64,000 bases of DNA from an uncultured Actinomycetes bacterium (GCA_963724995.1 CAVRXC010000009.1:1277-65276), one strand, 5' to 3'; positions 21,258 through 32,983 are shown, numbered from the stretch's first letter. Notes: generated by a model from the sequence alone, not told the origin. A program made the numbers and translations.

Positions 21258-21539
21258 GTGGCGAGAAAGCGTATGACAGTTCAAATCCCAGTTCGTATCC
21301 CAACAGAGGATGCAAAGGCGCTCGACGAGGCCGTTGCGCGCGGTGCCTTCGAGAGTCGGAGCGACGCCATCCGGCAGGCTGTCGACATGCTCCTCAAGGA
21401 GTTGCGCGAGCAGGAGATCGTGGAGGCGTACCGGCGTGGGTACGGGAAGTATCCGCAAGAAGACTGGATCGGACAGGTGGGGCTTGCTTTGTTTGCAGAG
21501 CTCGTCGCGGAGGAAGAGAAGGGTCAGGACCCGCTCTGA
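21258..21539 (+). CDS. Ribbon-helix-helix antitoxin
   Basis: QIPVRIP...SRSDAIRQAV...EAYRRGY; coupled to the downstream toxin. Confidence 0.8.
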   Translation: MARKRMTVQIPVRIPTEDAKALDEAVARGAFESRSDAIRQAVDMLLKELREQEIVEAYRRGYGKYPQEDWIGQVGLALFAELVAEEEKGQDPL

Positions 21540-21844
21540 ACCGCGGTGACGTCTATGACGGAGAGCTGGCGGCCGGCCGGCACCCGGTGGTCGTGCTCAC
21601 GCGCGAGCAGGCGATTCCCGTCCTCAAACGTGTCTGCGTCGCAGTCGTCACGAGCAGAGTGCGCGGGATCCCGACAGAGGTACTGATAGGGGAGCCGGAA
21701 GGTCTCGCTCGCGACTGCGTCATCAACTGCGACAACATCTACACCGTGCCGAAGTCTTCGCTCGATCGATACCGCGGCTCGCTCGGTCCCGAGGCGATAC
21801 GCCGCCTCGACGATGCGCTCCGCATCGCGCTCGGCCTCGACTGA
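21536..21844 (+). CDS. mazF: PemK/MazF-family endoribonuclease toxin
   Basis: (M)NRGDVY...RHPVVVLTR...VTSRVRGIPTEV...INCDNIYTV; CTG start overlapping the antitoxin stop. Confidence 0.85.
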   Translation: MNRGDVYDGELAAGRHPVVVLTREQAIPVLKRVCVAVVTSRVRGIPTEVLIGEPEGLARDCVINCDNIYTVPKSSLDRYRGSLGPEAIRRLDDALRIALGLD

Positions 21845-21868
21845 GCCGCCGCAGGCAAACTCGTCCTG

Positions 21869-23688
21869 ATGCCCGGACGACGCTGGGAGCCGCGCCACGA
21901 ACGATGGCCCGCCTGCGCGCCCGTCCGACCCTGCGGTGCGGAAGGCCAACGCGCGCCGCATCGTGCGGCTCTTCCGGCCGTACAAGGCGCGGCTCGGCTC
22001 CGTCTCGGCGCTGATCGTCTTCTCCGCCGCGATCGGCGTCGTGTCGCCGTTCCTCCTGCGCGAGGTGCTCGACGTCGCCATCCCCGAGGAGAACATGAGG
22101 CTGCTCACCGTCCTCGTGGCGGGCATGGTCGCGATCCCGATCATCACGGGCGTGCTCGGCGTCTGGCAGACGCTCCTCTCCAACCAGGTCGGGCAGAGCG
22201 TGATGCACGACCTGCGCACGCAGGTGTACCGGCACCTGCAGCGGCTCTCGCTCGCGTTCTTCACCCGCACCCGCACCGGCGAGGTGCAGAGCCGGATCGC
22301 GAACGACATCGGCGGCATCGAGAACGTCGTCACCTCGACCGCCACCTCGGTGCTGTCGAACGTGACCACGGTGCTCGCCACGGTGGTTGCGATGCTGCTG
22401 CTCGACTGGCGGCTGGCGGCGTTCGCGCTCGCGCTGCTCCCGCTGTTCGTCTGGCTCACGAAGCGCGTCGGCGAGCAGCGCAAGAAGGTGACTGCCGAGC
22501 GGCAGGCGTCGCTCGCGGACGTCTCCTCGATCGTGCAGGAGTCGCTCTCGGTGTCGGGGATCCTGCTCGGGAAGACGATGGGCCGGGCGGACGATCTGGC
22601 CCTGCGGTTCGAGCGCGAGTCGGGTCGCCTGGCCGACCTCGAGGTGCGCTCGCGCATGACCGGTCGCTGGATGATGGCCGCCATCCAGACGACCTTCGCC
22701 GTCATGCCGGCGCTCGTCTACTGGTTTGCAGGCTGGACGATCTCACGCGGCAGCGACACGATCACGATCGGCACCCTGGTCGCGTTCACGACGCTCCAGA
22801 CGCGGCTCTTCTTCCCGATCGGCAGCCTGCTCGGTGTGCAGATCGAGGTGCAGAGCTCGCTCGCGCTGTTCGACCGGATCTTCGAGTACCTCGACGAGGA
22901 AGTGGACATCGTCGACGGCACCCGCACGATCGACTCGCCGCGCGGCGACGTGGCCCTCGACGGGGTCTGGTTTCGCTACGACGACGCTGCCTGGACGCTG
23001 CAGGATGTGTCGTTCACCGTTCCCGCGGGGACGTCGACCGCCCTCGTCGGTGAGACGGGCTCCGGGAAGACGACCTGCGCATATCTCGTGGCGCGCCTCT
23101 ACGACGCGACCGAAGGGACCGTGTCGATCGACGGGGTGGACATCCGCGAGCTCACGTTCGAATCCCTCGCCGCCGCGGTCGGCGTCGTCTCGCAGGAGAC
23201 CTATCTCTTCCACGCGACGGTGCGCGAGAACCTTCGGTTCGCCAGGCCGGAGGCGAGCGACGAGGAGATCGAGGAGGCAGCAGCTGCGGCGCAGATCCAC
23301 GAGCTGATCTCCTCGCTCCCGGAGGGGTACGACACGATGGTCGGCGAGCGCGGCTACCGGTTCTCCGGCGGCGAGAAGCAGCGCATCGCGATTGCGCGCA
23401 CGGTGCTGCGCAACCCGCCGATTCTCGTCCTCGACGAGGCGACCTCATCGCTCGACACGCAGACCGAGCGTGCCGTGCAGGAAGCGCTCGAGCGCCTGTC
23501 GGCGGGGCGCACGACGATCGCGATCGCGCACCGGCTCTCGACAGTGCGCGACGCCGACCAGATCGTGGTGCTCGACGGCGGCAGCGTGGTGGAGAGTCGG
23601 CACCCATGACGAGCTGATCGCGGCGGGCGGCCGCTACGCGGCGCTCGTGGCACGCGACGCCGACGACGTCGTGCCGACACCGAGCTGA
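21869..23688 (+). CDS. ABC transporter fused TMD/ATPase (MsbA-like), frameshifts at both ends
   Basis: GETGSGKT, FSGGEKQR, LDEAT, IAHRL; N-terminal TM domain; C-terminal GTHDELI in ORF 23392. Confidence 0.9.
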
Positions 23689-23814
23689 GGGACGCGGGCC
23701 GGGTGTATCCGACCCTACGAGCCGTGTGTCACTGCATGTCGGCTCCAAAGCGTCTACCGTTCCGCACGGCGGGTCGGAGGCGCCCCGCGTGATCGGATCA
23801 GGAGGGTCCTATCC

Positions 23815-25420
23815 GTGGCCATCGTGACGTCTGAGACTGGACGGGGCTTTCACGGCCTGGAGCCGGTCGGCCGGGTCATCCACAACCCCAGCACGTCCCA
23901 GCTCTACACGGCCGCGATCGAACGCGGCGACGGCCGGCTCGCCGAGGGCGGCCCGCTCGCCGTCGACACAGGCCGCTTCACCGGCCGCTCGCCGCAGGAC
24001 AAGTTCGTCGTGGACGAGGAGGGCTCCCGTGACCGGATCTGGTGGGGGGCGTCAACCACCCGCTCGACGAGGAACACTTCGACGGGCTTCGCGCCAAGGT
24101 CGTCGCCTATCTGAACGAACAGGAGACTCTGTACGTGGTGGACGCCTTCGCCGGCGCAGACCCCGCAGCACCGCATCGGCGTCCGGGTCGTCACCGCCAA
24201 CCCGTACCACGCGCTGTTCGCGAAGACGATGTTCATCGCTCCGACCGAGGAGGAGCTCATCGAGCACGAGGTGCAGGCGCTCGTGCTGCACGCGCCCGCC
24301 GTCGAGGCGAGCCCCGAGGAGGGACGGGACGCGCACCGGAACGTTCGTGGTGCTGCACCCGTCCCGCTCGGAGGTCGTGATCGGCGGCACCTTCTACGCG
24401 GGCGAGATCAAGAAGTCGATCTTCACGGTCATGAACGACCGATTGCCGCTCGAGGATGTCTTCCCGATGCACTGCTCGGCCAACGTCGGCGACGACGGCG
24501 ACGTGGCGGTCTTCTTCGGCCTTTCGGGCACCGGGAAGACGACGCTCTCGGCTGATCCGGCGCGGCGCCTGATCGGCGACGACGAGCACGGTTGGGGCGT
24601 GAACGGCGTCTTCAACATCGAGGGTGGCTGCTACGCGAAGGTGATCCGCCTCTCCGCCGAGGCCGAGCCTGACATCTACCGCACGACGCGCACGCTACGG
24701 GACGATCCTCGAGAACGTCGTCATGGACGAGCGCGGGAGTGGTCGATCTCGACGACGGCTCGAAGACCGAGAACACGCGCGCCGCCTACCCGCTGGAGCA
24801 GATCCCGCACGCGCTGCCGGCGAAGATGGCGGGCCATCCGGCGCAACGTCGTCTTTCTCACCGCTGACGCGTTCGGCATCCTGCCCGCCGATCGCGCGGC
24901 TCTCGCGCGCGCAGGCGCTGTTCTGGTTCCTCACCGGGTTCACCGCGAAGCTCGCCGGGACCGAGATCGGCGTCACCGAGCCGCAGCCGACCTTCTCCAC
25001 CTGCTTCGGAGCGCCGTTCCTGCCGCAGCGCCCGTCGGTGTACGCGCGCATGCTCGGGGAGAAGCTCGACGTCCACGGCTCGATCGGTGTGGCTCGTGAA
25101 CACGGGCTGGACCGGCGGCCCGTTCGGTGAGGGCCACCGCATGCCGATCGCCGCGACGCGCGCGCTGCTGAGCGCCGCGCTCTCGGGTGCAGCTCGAGGC
25201 GTCGAGGTTCGCGTCGACCCGGTGTTCGGCTTCGACGTGCCGGTCGCCGTGCCCGGCGTCGACACCTCGCTGCTCGACCCGCGCTCGACCTGGGCCGACC
25301 CGGACGCGTACGACGACAAGGCGCGGTACTCGCCGGCGCTTCCGTGCCAACTTCGAGGAGAGCTCGCCGCCGACGCCGGCCCCGAGCGTCGCGGCCGGCG
25401 GCCCGGTCGCGAAGGTCTGA
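23815..25420 (+). CDS. pckA: Phosphoenolpyruvate carboxykinase (ATP), multiple frameshifts
   Basis: [65 protein letters not shown]. Confidence 0.95.
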
Positions 25421-25427
25421 AGCCGCT

Positions 25428-26438
25428 TCAGCCGGTCGTGACGGGAAGCCGGCGACACGGTGCGGTTCCCGCGGGTGTCGGTCGCCTCGACCTCGATCTC
25501 GTAGCGGCCGGCGGCGAGCGCGCTCGCGTCGAAGCCCGTGGGCGAGGTAGAAGCGGTAGCGACCGCGGCGCGAGGCCTTGTTCTGTCGCGTCCAGCGGGC
25601 GTAGACGGCGTCGTAGCGGTCGTTCGACGGGATCGTCGCGCGGACGTCGACGGCGTCGACCAGGCCTGGTGACCGTGTCCGTTGCGAACGAGACGCCAGC
25701 GCAGGAGTGGCGGGCGTCACCGGCTTGTCGTTCCACGGCGCCGGCACCGCGAGCGGCGTCGTGTCGAGACGCCTCGACGACGAGGTCGACGACACCGGTC
25801 AGCGACCGGCCGGCGAGCGTGCGACCTGCTCGCTCGAGCCTGAGGTTGCGGATGACAGGGCGCGTGTCGTCGGCGAAGGGCCCGAGCGCGCCCGGTCGCA
25901 GAGGGTTCACGTACCGGCCGTCGCGCATCTCGGCGAAGTGCACGTGCGCCCAGGGAGCCTCGACGTACCCGACGATCGTCCGATACGCGACGACGCGCTG
26001 CCCGTGGCGGATAGCCGGGCGGATGTGCCAGTACTGATGCTCGACGCGCCGGTCGGCGCTGCGGACGGCGACGACCTCGGGCCGGAAGGACTCGAGATGA
26101 GCCGTCTCCGTCGAGCGTCGCGTACACCGCTGTCCCGTTCGGGCACGAGATGTCGATGCCGAAGTGGAACGTGTGGGTCATGCCGCGGGGAGTCATGCCG
26201 ATGCGGGGGTCGCCGAAGAACCCGCGAACGGGGTGCTGGCATGAAGAACGGCTTCACCGGCCAGCCGTAGGAGGCGACGCTTTGTCGATCGCGTCGCGGC
26301 TGCGGCGAGGTTCGACGCGCCGGCCACGGCCGGACGCTCGAAGGGCTGGATCAGGAGCGCGGTCGCCACGAGGGCGACGCAGGCGCCGAGCCGCAACGCG
26401 CGGCGGGCGCAAGTGTGGGTGCGGTGCGTGGTAGCCAT
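25428..26438 (-). CDS. Secreted M23-family peptidase, multiple frameshifts
   Basis: Signal peptide ([13 protein letters not shown]), FHFGIDI (HxxxD), HVHFAE (HxH), YVNPL. Confidence 0.75.
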
Positions 26439-26440
26439 GC

Positions 26441-26503
26441 CGCCACGCTCGGAGCGCGCGGCAATCGCGCCGGTCATCGCGACCTCATGGCCGGCTAACG
26501 GGA
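26441..26503 (-). promoter_or_regulatory. Putative SARP-controlled promoter of the M23 gene
   Basis: Minus strand: CCCGTTAGC, then GTTAG/ATGAG/ATGAC at 11-bp period, then CGATTG-N10-CGAGCGTGGCG just before the ATG. Confidence 0.5.
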
Positions 26504-26604
26504 TTGCAAACACCCCGCGCGACCGGTCACCTCCGGCTAACGCGGCGCTCATCGAAGCCCTGCCACGGGTGGATTCCGGCGCCGCTTGGACTCATGATGA
26601 CCGC

Positions 26605-28897
26605 GTGACGGAAAACGCCGTGAGCGGCGATATTCGGCTGCCCGCCGGGACCGTCGCGCTGCTGTTCAGTGACGTCGAGGGCTCGACAGCGTTGGTGCGC
26701 ATGCTCGGTGACGGCTACACCGAGCTACAGGACGAACACGACCGCATCCTGAGGAGCGCGTTCGAGGCGTACGAGGGGGTCGTCGTCGACACGCAGGGCG
26801 ACTCGTTCTTCGTCGCCTTCACGCGTGTCCGCGACGCCGCGGCCGCGGCGGTCGACATCCAACGAGCCCTCGCGGAGGGCGTATGGCCGTCCGGGGTGAC
26901 TGTGCGGGTGCGCATTGGTCTCCATGCAGGTGAGCCGACGCGCAGCGCCGAGCGGTACGTCGGGCTGGGGGTGCACCGCGCTGCGCGGATCTGCGCAGCC
27001 GCCCACGGCGGCCAGGTGCTCCTCTCGCACGCGGCGGCCGCGCTGCTCGTGGATCACGAGCTCGCCGGCGCACGGGTTCAGGATCTCGGCTCGTTCTCGC
27101 TCAAGGACTTCGAGAGCCCGGAGCACCTGCACCAGCTCGTCGTCGACGGGCTGCACCCGACCTTCACGGCGCCGCGGACCTCAGAACCGCCGGCGGGGCC
27201 ACCCGGTCCTGCGCTCGAGCTGCGGATGCTCGGGCCGCTCGAGGTCGTCGTCGACGGGCGCGTCGTGGCACTCAGCGGGCGCAATCAGCGGGCCGTTCTC
27301 GCGGTGCTCGTCCTTCACGTCAACCATCCGGTCTCGACCGAGCGGATCGTCGACGACCTGTGGGGGGAGGAGGCGCCACGCACCGCGGCGACCTCTGTGC
27401 AGAACGCGATCTCGCAGCTCCGCAAGCTGCTCGGCCCCGACCGGCTCGTGACGAAACCCGCCGGCTACGTGCTCGTCGCCGCCGACGACGAGCTCGACCT
27501 CGGCCGCTTCGAGCGCCTGCTCGCGCAGTCGAGGTGGTCGAGCCGGAGCAGCGAGTGCGCCTCCTGACCGAGGCGCTCGGTCTGTGGCGCGGGTCCGCGT
27601 TCGCCGACCTCGAGCAGCGAGACGTTCGCGCAGGAGGAGATCCGGCGGCTCGAGGATCGGCGGCTGGTCGCGACCGAGGAGCGGCTCGACGCGCAGATCG
27701 CCGTTCGGAGGGCACCGCGAGGCGATCGCCGAGCTCGAGGCGCTCGTCGCCCGGAACCCGCTCCGGGAGCGGCTGCGCGGGCATGCTGATGCTCGCCCTC
27801 TACCGGTCAGGCCGGCAGGCGGACGCACTGCAGGCTTTCCAGGACGCGCGGCAGACGCTGGTGCGCGAGCTCGGCATCGAGCCCGGGCCCGAGCTGAAGG
27901 AGATCCATGCGGCCGTGCTCCGCCAGGATCGGTCGCTGCGCCCGCATCGCCGGCGGAGGACATCGACGACCACCTCGATCGGGTCGCGCGAGCGACTGCT
28001 CGCCGGGCGTGTCGTCGCGGTGCTCGGCCCGGGTGCGGTGGGCGACGGTGATGCCGTCGGCATGGCGGCCGGGAACGACACGCCCTCCGACCGCCGAGCG
28101 AGCTCGCGGTGCACCTCGCCGAGCGGTTCGGCGTCGTCGACGGAGGCCGGCTCGCACGCGTGTCGGAGATCGCCGCTGCGACGGAAGGCGTCGGCGCGCT
28201 CCACGACGAGCTCGACGCGGTCTTCCGCGCGGACTACGATCCCGGCCCCGTGCAGCGCCTGTTCGCCGAGCTTCCGCGCGCCCTGCGTGCAGGCGGCCAC
28301 GGCATCCGCTGATCGTCATCGACCGGGCTCGACTCGACGGTCGAGCGCGCGTTCGCCGACGCAGCGGAGGAGCTCGACGTCGTCTGCTACCTCGCGGCCG
28401 GTCCGTATCGAGGCCGCTTCGCACAGTCTCTCCGGACGGCGCGGTGACGGTGATCGAGGAGCCGAACGCCTACACGGGCCTGTCGCTCGAGGCGCAGAAG
28501 CGTCCTCCTGCGCGCGTACGGTCGTGTCGACCCGAGCCCGGGCCGGCTGCACGAGAGCTTCGTCGTCCGCGAGGACGATCACATCGACTACCTCCTGGAC
28601 GCCGAGCCCGGGGCGGTCGTACCGGTGACGCTGGCGGCGAAGCTGCGCCGCAGCCATGTCCTCTTCCTCGGATACGGCGTCGACGACTGGAGCCTGCGCG
28701 TGTTTCTGCGCCGCATCTGGGGCGCCGACCGGCTCGGCTACCGGTCGTGGGCCGTCGACACGAGCACGGATCGGCTGGCGCGCGAACTTTGGCGCGCAGC
28801 GTGACGTCGACGTGTTCGAGCTGGCACCGGCGAGTACGCCGCGAGCTGCGTGGTGAGCGCATCCGGGCGCTCGCGTCCGTCGGAGGCCTCGTCGTGA
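26605..28897 (+). CDS. Class III adenylate/guanylate cyclase + SARP (wHTH-BTAD) + SIR2-like domain fusion, frameshifted
   Basis: FSDVEGST, QGDSF, RIGLHAGE, VHRAARI; LRMLGPLEV, LMLALYRSGRQADAL; SIR2_2-like VAVLGPG, EDDHIDYL, FLGYGVDDWSL. Confidence 0.8.
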
Positions 28898-31800
28898 GCG
28901 CCGCTCCACCAGCGGAGCCGTCTCCGTACCGCGGTCTCGCTTCGTTCGGAGACAGCGGATCTCGACTGCGCGGCTCTTCTTCGGTCGCGAGCGCGAGACC
29001 GAGATCGTGACCGCGAACCTCATGGCCTCGCGCCTGACCGTTCTCTACGGCTCGAGCGGTGTGGGCAAGAGCTCGCTCCTGCGCGCCGGGGTCGCGCACC
29101 GGTTGCGGGCGCGACGAGGCCCCGGGCGCGGGGCGTCACGTCGTGGCCGTCTGCTCGACCTGGAGCGGCGACCCGACTGACTGCTGTGGCGGTGTCGTCG
29201 CCGCGGAGGTCGCGCGAGCGCGTCGCGATCGAGCTCCAGTCCATCCCCGGACGAGCTCTCGCTCGCCGACCAGCTCGAGGAGTGGTGCGGCCTCCTCGAC
29301 GGGGAGATCTACGTCGTCCTCGACCAGCTCGAGGAGTATGTCCTCTACCACGGCGAAGGGATCGGCGGCGGCCCGCTCGCGGAGGCACTGGCGGACATCG
29401 TCGCGCGACCGAATCTGCGTGTCGGCGTGCTGCTCGGCATTCGCGACGACGCGCTGGCGCAGCTCGACGCGCTTCAAGGTACGCGTGCCGGCGCTGTACG
29501 CGAACCTGCTGCGAGTCGACCACCTGAGCCGGGACGCGGGTCGGGAGGCCATCGTGGGCCCCCTGGCCGAGCTCGCCCGCGACGACGCGACCGCGATGCA
29601 GGCCGAACCGGAGCTCGTCGAGGCCGTCCTCGACCAGGTCACCGCCGGGAGGATCACGGTCGCCGAGGGGCGCGGGCTACTGCCCGAAGGCGCGGTGAAC
29701 GGACGCATCGAGGCGCCCTACCTCCAGCTCGTCATGGAGCGGCTGTGGGAGGTCGAGGCGGCGCGCGGGTGCGACCTCGATGCGCGCGGCGACGCTGAAC
29801 GATCTGGGTGGCGCGGCGCGCATCGTCGAGGAGCACCTGGAGCGGGCGCTCGCGTCGCTCGACCCGCCGGCGCGTGACGTGGCGGCGTCGGTGTTCGGCG
29901 TCCTCGTCACGCCGTCCGGGACGAAGATCGCGCACAGCTCGGGCGATCTCGCCCGTTACGCAGGAGTCGGTGAGGCCGAGGTTCGCCCGGTGCTCGACCA
30001 CCTCGCGCACGAGCGCGTGCTGCGGCCCGTCGCCGACGAGCGCGGAGGCGCGCAGCGATACGAGATCTTCCACGACGTCCTTGCCGACCCTGTGCTCGCC
30101 TGGAGCGTCCGGCACTCGGGCGAGCGGGAGCTCCAGCGCGCGCGAACCGACGCGCGACGGCGCCAGCGGCGGCTGGTCGCGGTCGCAAGCGTGGCACTCG
30201 CCGGGCTCGCCGTCATGAGTGCTCTGACGGTCTGGGCATTCGTTGAGCGCGACAACGCGCAAGAGCAGACCGCGGCTGCCACCGCAGCGAAGGCGGTGGC
30301 GATCAAGGAGGCGGCTGCCGCACGGCAGGCGGAACAGCAAGCCGCCCAGCAGGCCGCGGCGGCCGAGAGCGCACAGGACGAGGCGGAGAGCCAGGCCTCC
30401 GCCGCGGCCGCGGCCCAGACCGAGGCGGAGCAGCAGTCGGCCGCCGCGGCGAGCGCGCAGCAGGATGCAACGAATCAGGCCGCTGCAGCCGCGGAGGAAC
30501 GAGACAGGGCGGATCAGCAGGCAGAAGCCGCGGACAAGGCGCGGTCGCAAGCTGAAATCGAGGCAGCCAAGGCGCTAGAGGCGAGACGTGCATCGGAGCG
30601 AGACGCTGCTCGTGCGCGCAGTGCAAAGGAGAACGCCGAACGCCAGGCTCTTGCTGCTCGCGCCAACGAGCAGGTTGCAAGAGCGCTGTCGCTTCTTGGG
30701 ACGGACCCGGAGGGCAGCCTTGCGGCCTCGCTGCAGGCCCTTGCGCTCGCACCGACGGCGCCAGTTGAGGGACCGCTGCGCTCCGGGCTCCTGGCCTCTC
30801 GTGTCCGTGACATCCTGCCGGGAGGGGGTGGCGATGTCGTGGCTGCGCTCCCGAACGCCGTCGCAGCGACACCGCCTGCGCGCGCCGCGTCTCGGCTCGC
30901 GGCCGCTGGCGGGGGAGTCGTCACGGTGACCGACTCGGGCGAGATCCGGGTCTTCGATCGCACGCGAGGTGTGCTCCTGCGCCGCATCGAGCACGCCGGT
31001 CGCGTGACGACTGCCGCCATCTCGCGGGACGGCCGTCTGCTCGCGGTGGCAGGTCCGGCGGGCGTCGTGACCCTGTACGTCGTCTCGACCGGCATAGCCC
31101 TCGGGTCGGTTCAGCACGTCGGCGCCGTGACCGCAATTGCCTTCTCACCGGACGGGCAACTCGTCGCCAGCGCCGGGGTGAACGAGACGGCGAAGGTCTG
31201 GAGCGTCGATCGCTCCGCGCTCGTTCATCGGCTCGAGCATCCGCGGTCGGTGCGGCGTGTGGTGTTCAGCGCGGACGGGAGCATGCTGTTGACGATCTCG
31301 AACGATTCGATCGCGCGTCTCTTCGATCTCTCCACGGGCGAGCTCGCCCAGAGCTTCGACCACGGCGCAATCCTCACCGACGCCGCCCTCGCGCCGGACG
31401 GCAAGGTACTCGTCACCGCGGGCCAGGACGCGACGCCGCGCCTCTGGGACGTGGGCACGGGCCGGCTCATCGCGAACCTGAGGGGCCATTCGGGGACGGT
31501 GCTCACGGCCGCCTTCTCGCCTGCAGGAGACCGGGTGGTGACTGCAGGTACCGACGGCACGGGACGGATCTGGAACGCCGGCGCGGGGCTTGTCGAGTCG
31601 GTACTCGTCGGACACACGAACTTCGTCGGTTTCGCCTCGTTCAGCCCGGATGGCCAGCAGGTGCTCACGACGAGTCGCGACGGAACCGCCCGCATCTGGA
31701 ACGCCACGAACGGAGCAGCGCAGGCTCAGCTCCTCGGCCACCAGGGACGACTTGGAGCGGCTGCGTTCGACCGGGGTGCAACCGGGGTGGTGACGAGCAG

Positions 31801-32788
31801 CGAGGACGGGACTGCCCGCACCTGGGATTTGAAGCTCGACGACCCGGAGAGCCGACTCGTAGCGACGGAGCCGAGTCCGGTGACCGCCGTCGCAGCCTCT
31901 GCCGACGGCCGCCTGGTGGCGGACGCCCACGCCGACGGGTCCGTGCGCGTGAGAGCCGTGGGCGGCAAGACACTCGCAACCATCCGCCACCAGGGAGCGG
32001 TGACGGGTGTCGTCTTCTCGAATGGAGGACGGGAGATCCTCACGTCGGGCGTCGACGGCAGGGCGATCGTCTGGGCTGCCCGGAACGGAGCTCGCCGTCG
32101 GTCGTACGAGCACGGCGCGCCAGTGAGCTCGGCGCTGTTCGCCGCCGACGGCGACGTCGTAACCGCCGGCCGGGACGGGGTCATGCGCCGTTGGGACGCG
32201 ACGACCTCTCGCGGGCGCGTCATCGCGCGGGAGGGAGAGCCGATTCTCGATCTTGCCCTTAGCTCCGACGGGTCGCTACTCGCCTCGGCGGTGGGCCGCG
32301 TCGTCCGTCTCCGGAGCGGCCTCAATGGCAAGAGCCTGCGTCTGCTTGTGGGTCATCGAGACACCGTGACCTCGGTTACGTTCAGCCCGGACGGGCGGTA
32401 CGTGCTGACCGCGAGCGAGGATCACGACGCGATCCTCTGGAACGCGAAGACGGGCAAGGTCGTGCGGGTATTCGCGGGTCACGTGGCGGTCGTGAACGAG
32501 GCGGCGTTCAGCCCGGACGGCCGGTGGATAGCGACCGCAGGCCCGACACGCGCCGGGCTCTGGGAGACGAGCGGAAGCGGGCTCCGTGACAACCGTCTGT
32601 ATTTCGTCGCCGGGCATGAGAAGGCGATCTCCGCCGTCGCCTTTGCCGGCCCTCGCTGGCGCCTCGTCACGGGAGGGTCGGACGGTGCGGTTCGGATGTA
32701 CGACTGCGCGCTCTGCGGTGCGACCGCAACCCTCGCGCGAATCGCGAGCGCCAAGCTCGCCCGCCTGGACCGAGACGCTCGGCGTTAG
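28894..32788 (+). CDS. nSTAND1-type NTPase + TM helix + coiled coil + about 14-15 WD40 repeats
   Basis: SPYRGL, FFGRERE, GSSGVGKSS, VLDQLEE, YLQLVM, YEIFHD; hydrophobic helix LVAVASVALAGLAVMSALTVWAFV; Ala/Gln-rich stalk; repeated GH...FSPDG...W units. Confidence 0.85.
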
Positions 32789-32805
32789 GCATCCCGGTAA
32801 CGAAT

Positions 32806-32833
32806 GCGAGGGCGCTCTTCTGGGCGCCCTCGC
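32806..32833 (+). terminator. Hairpin after the nSTAND1-WD40 gene
   Basis: GCGAGGGCGCTC-ttct-GGGCGCCCTCGC. Confidence 0.6.
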
Positions 32834-32892
32834 CCGTTAGCGGACAGTTAGCTCCCCGTTGAGGCCCGATTGGGGCCTCCGTCGAGCGTGGC
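32833..32892 (+). promoter_or_regulatory. Putative SARP-controlled promoter of the micro-ORF
   Basis: GTTAGC (32836), GTTAGC (32847), GTTGAG (32858) at 11-bp period, then CGATTG-N10-CGAGCGTGGCG, the same architecture as 26441-26503. Confidence 0.55.
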
Positions 32893-32913
32893 GCACCAGA
32901 AAGGAGGTGCGCC

Positions 32914-32949
32914 ATGCCGAACGATGGAGGCGGTGGAGGCGGCCGGTAG
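32914..32949 (+). CDS. Micro-ORF MPNDGGGGGGR (11 aa)
   Basis: Strong AAAGGAGGTG RBS, its own promoter-like element upstream and a terminator downstream. Confidence 0.45.
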   Translation: MPNDGGGGGGR

Positions 32950-32955
32950 TTGCCC

Positions 32956-32983
32956 ACGAGGGGCCCCGAAAGAGGCCCCTCGT
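32956..32983. terminator. Hairpin (probably bidirectional terminator)
   Basis: ACGAGGGGCC-ccgaaaga-GGCCCCTCGT, perfect 10-bp stem between the micro-ORF and the convergent STAND gene. Confidence 0.7.

Noticed and set aside
26605-32788. Calling the SIR2/STAND pair a known NAD-depleting antiphage system (Thoeris, Avs, DSR)
   Set aside because: SIR2 catalytic motifs look degenerate and the architecture (SARP and cyclase fusion, TM-WD40 STAND) matches none of these; kept as an unassigned system
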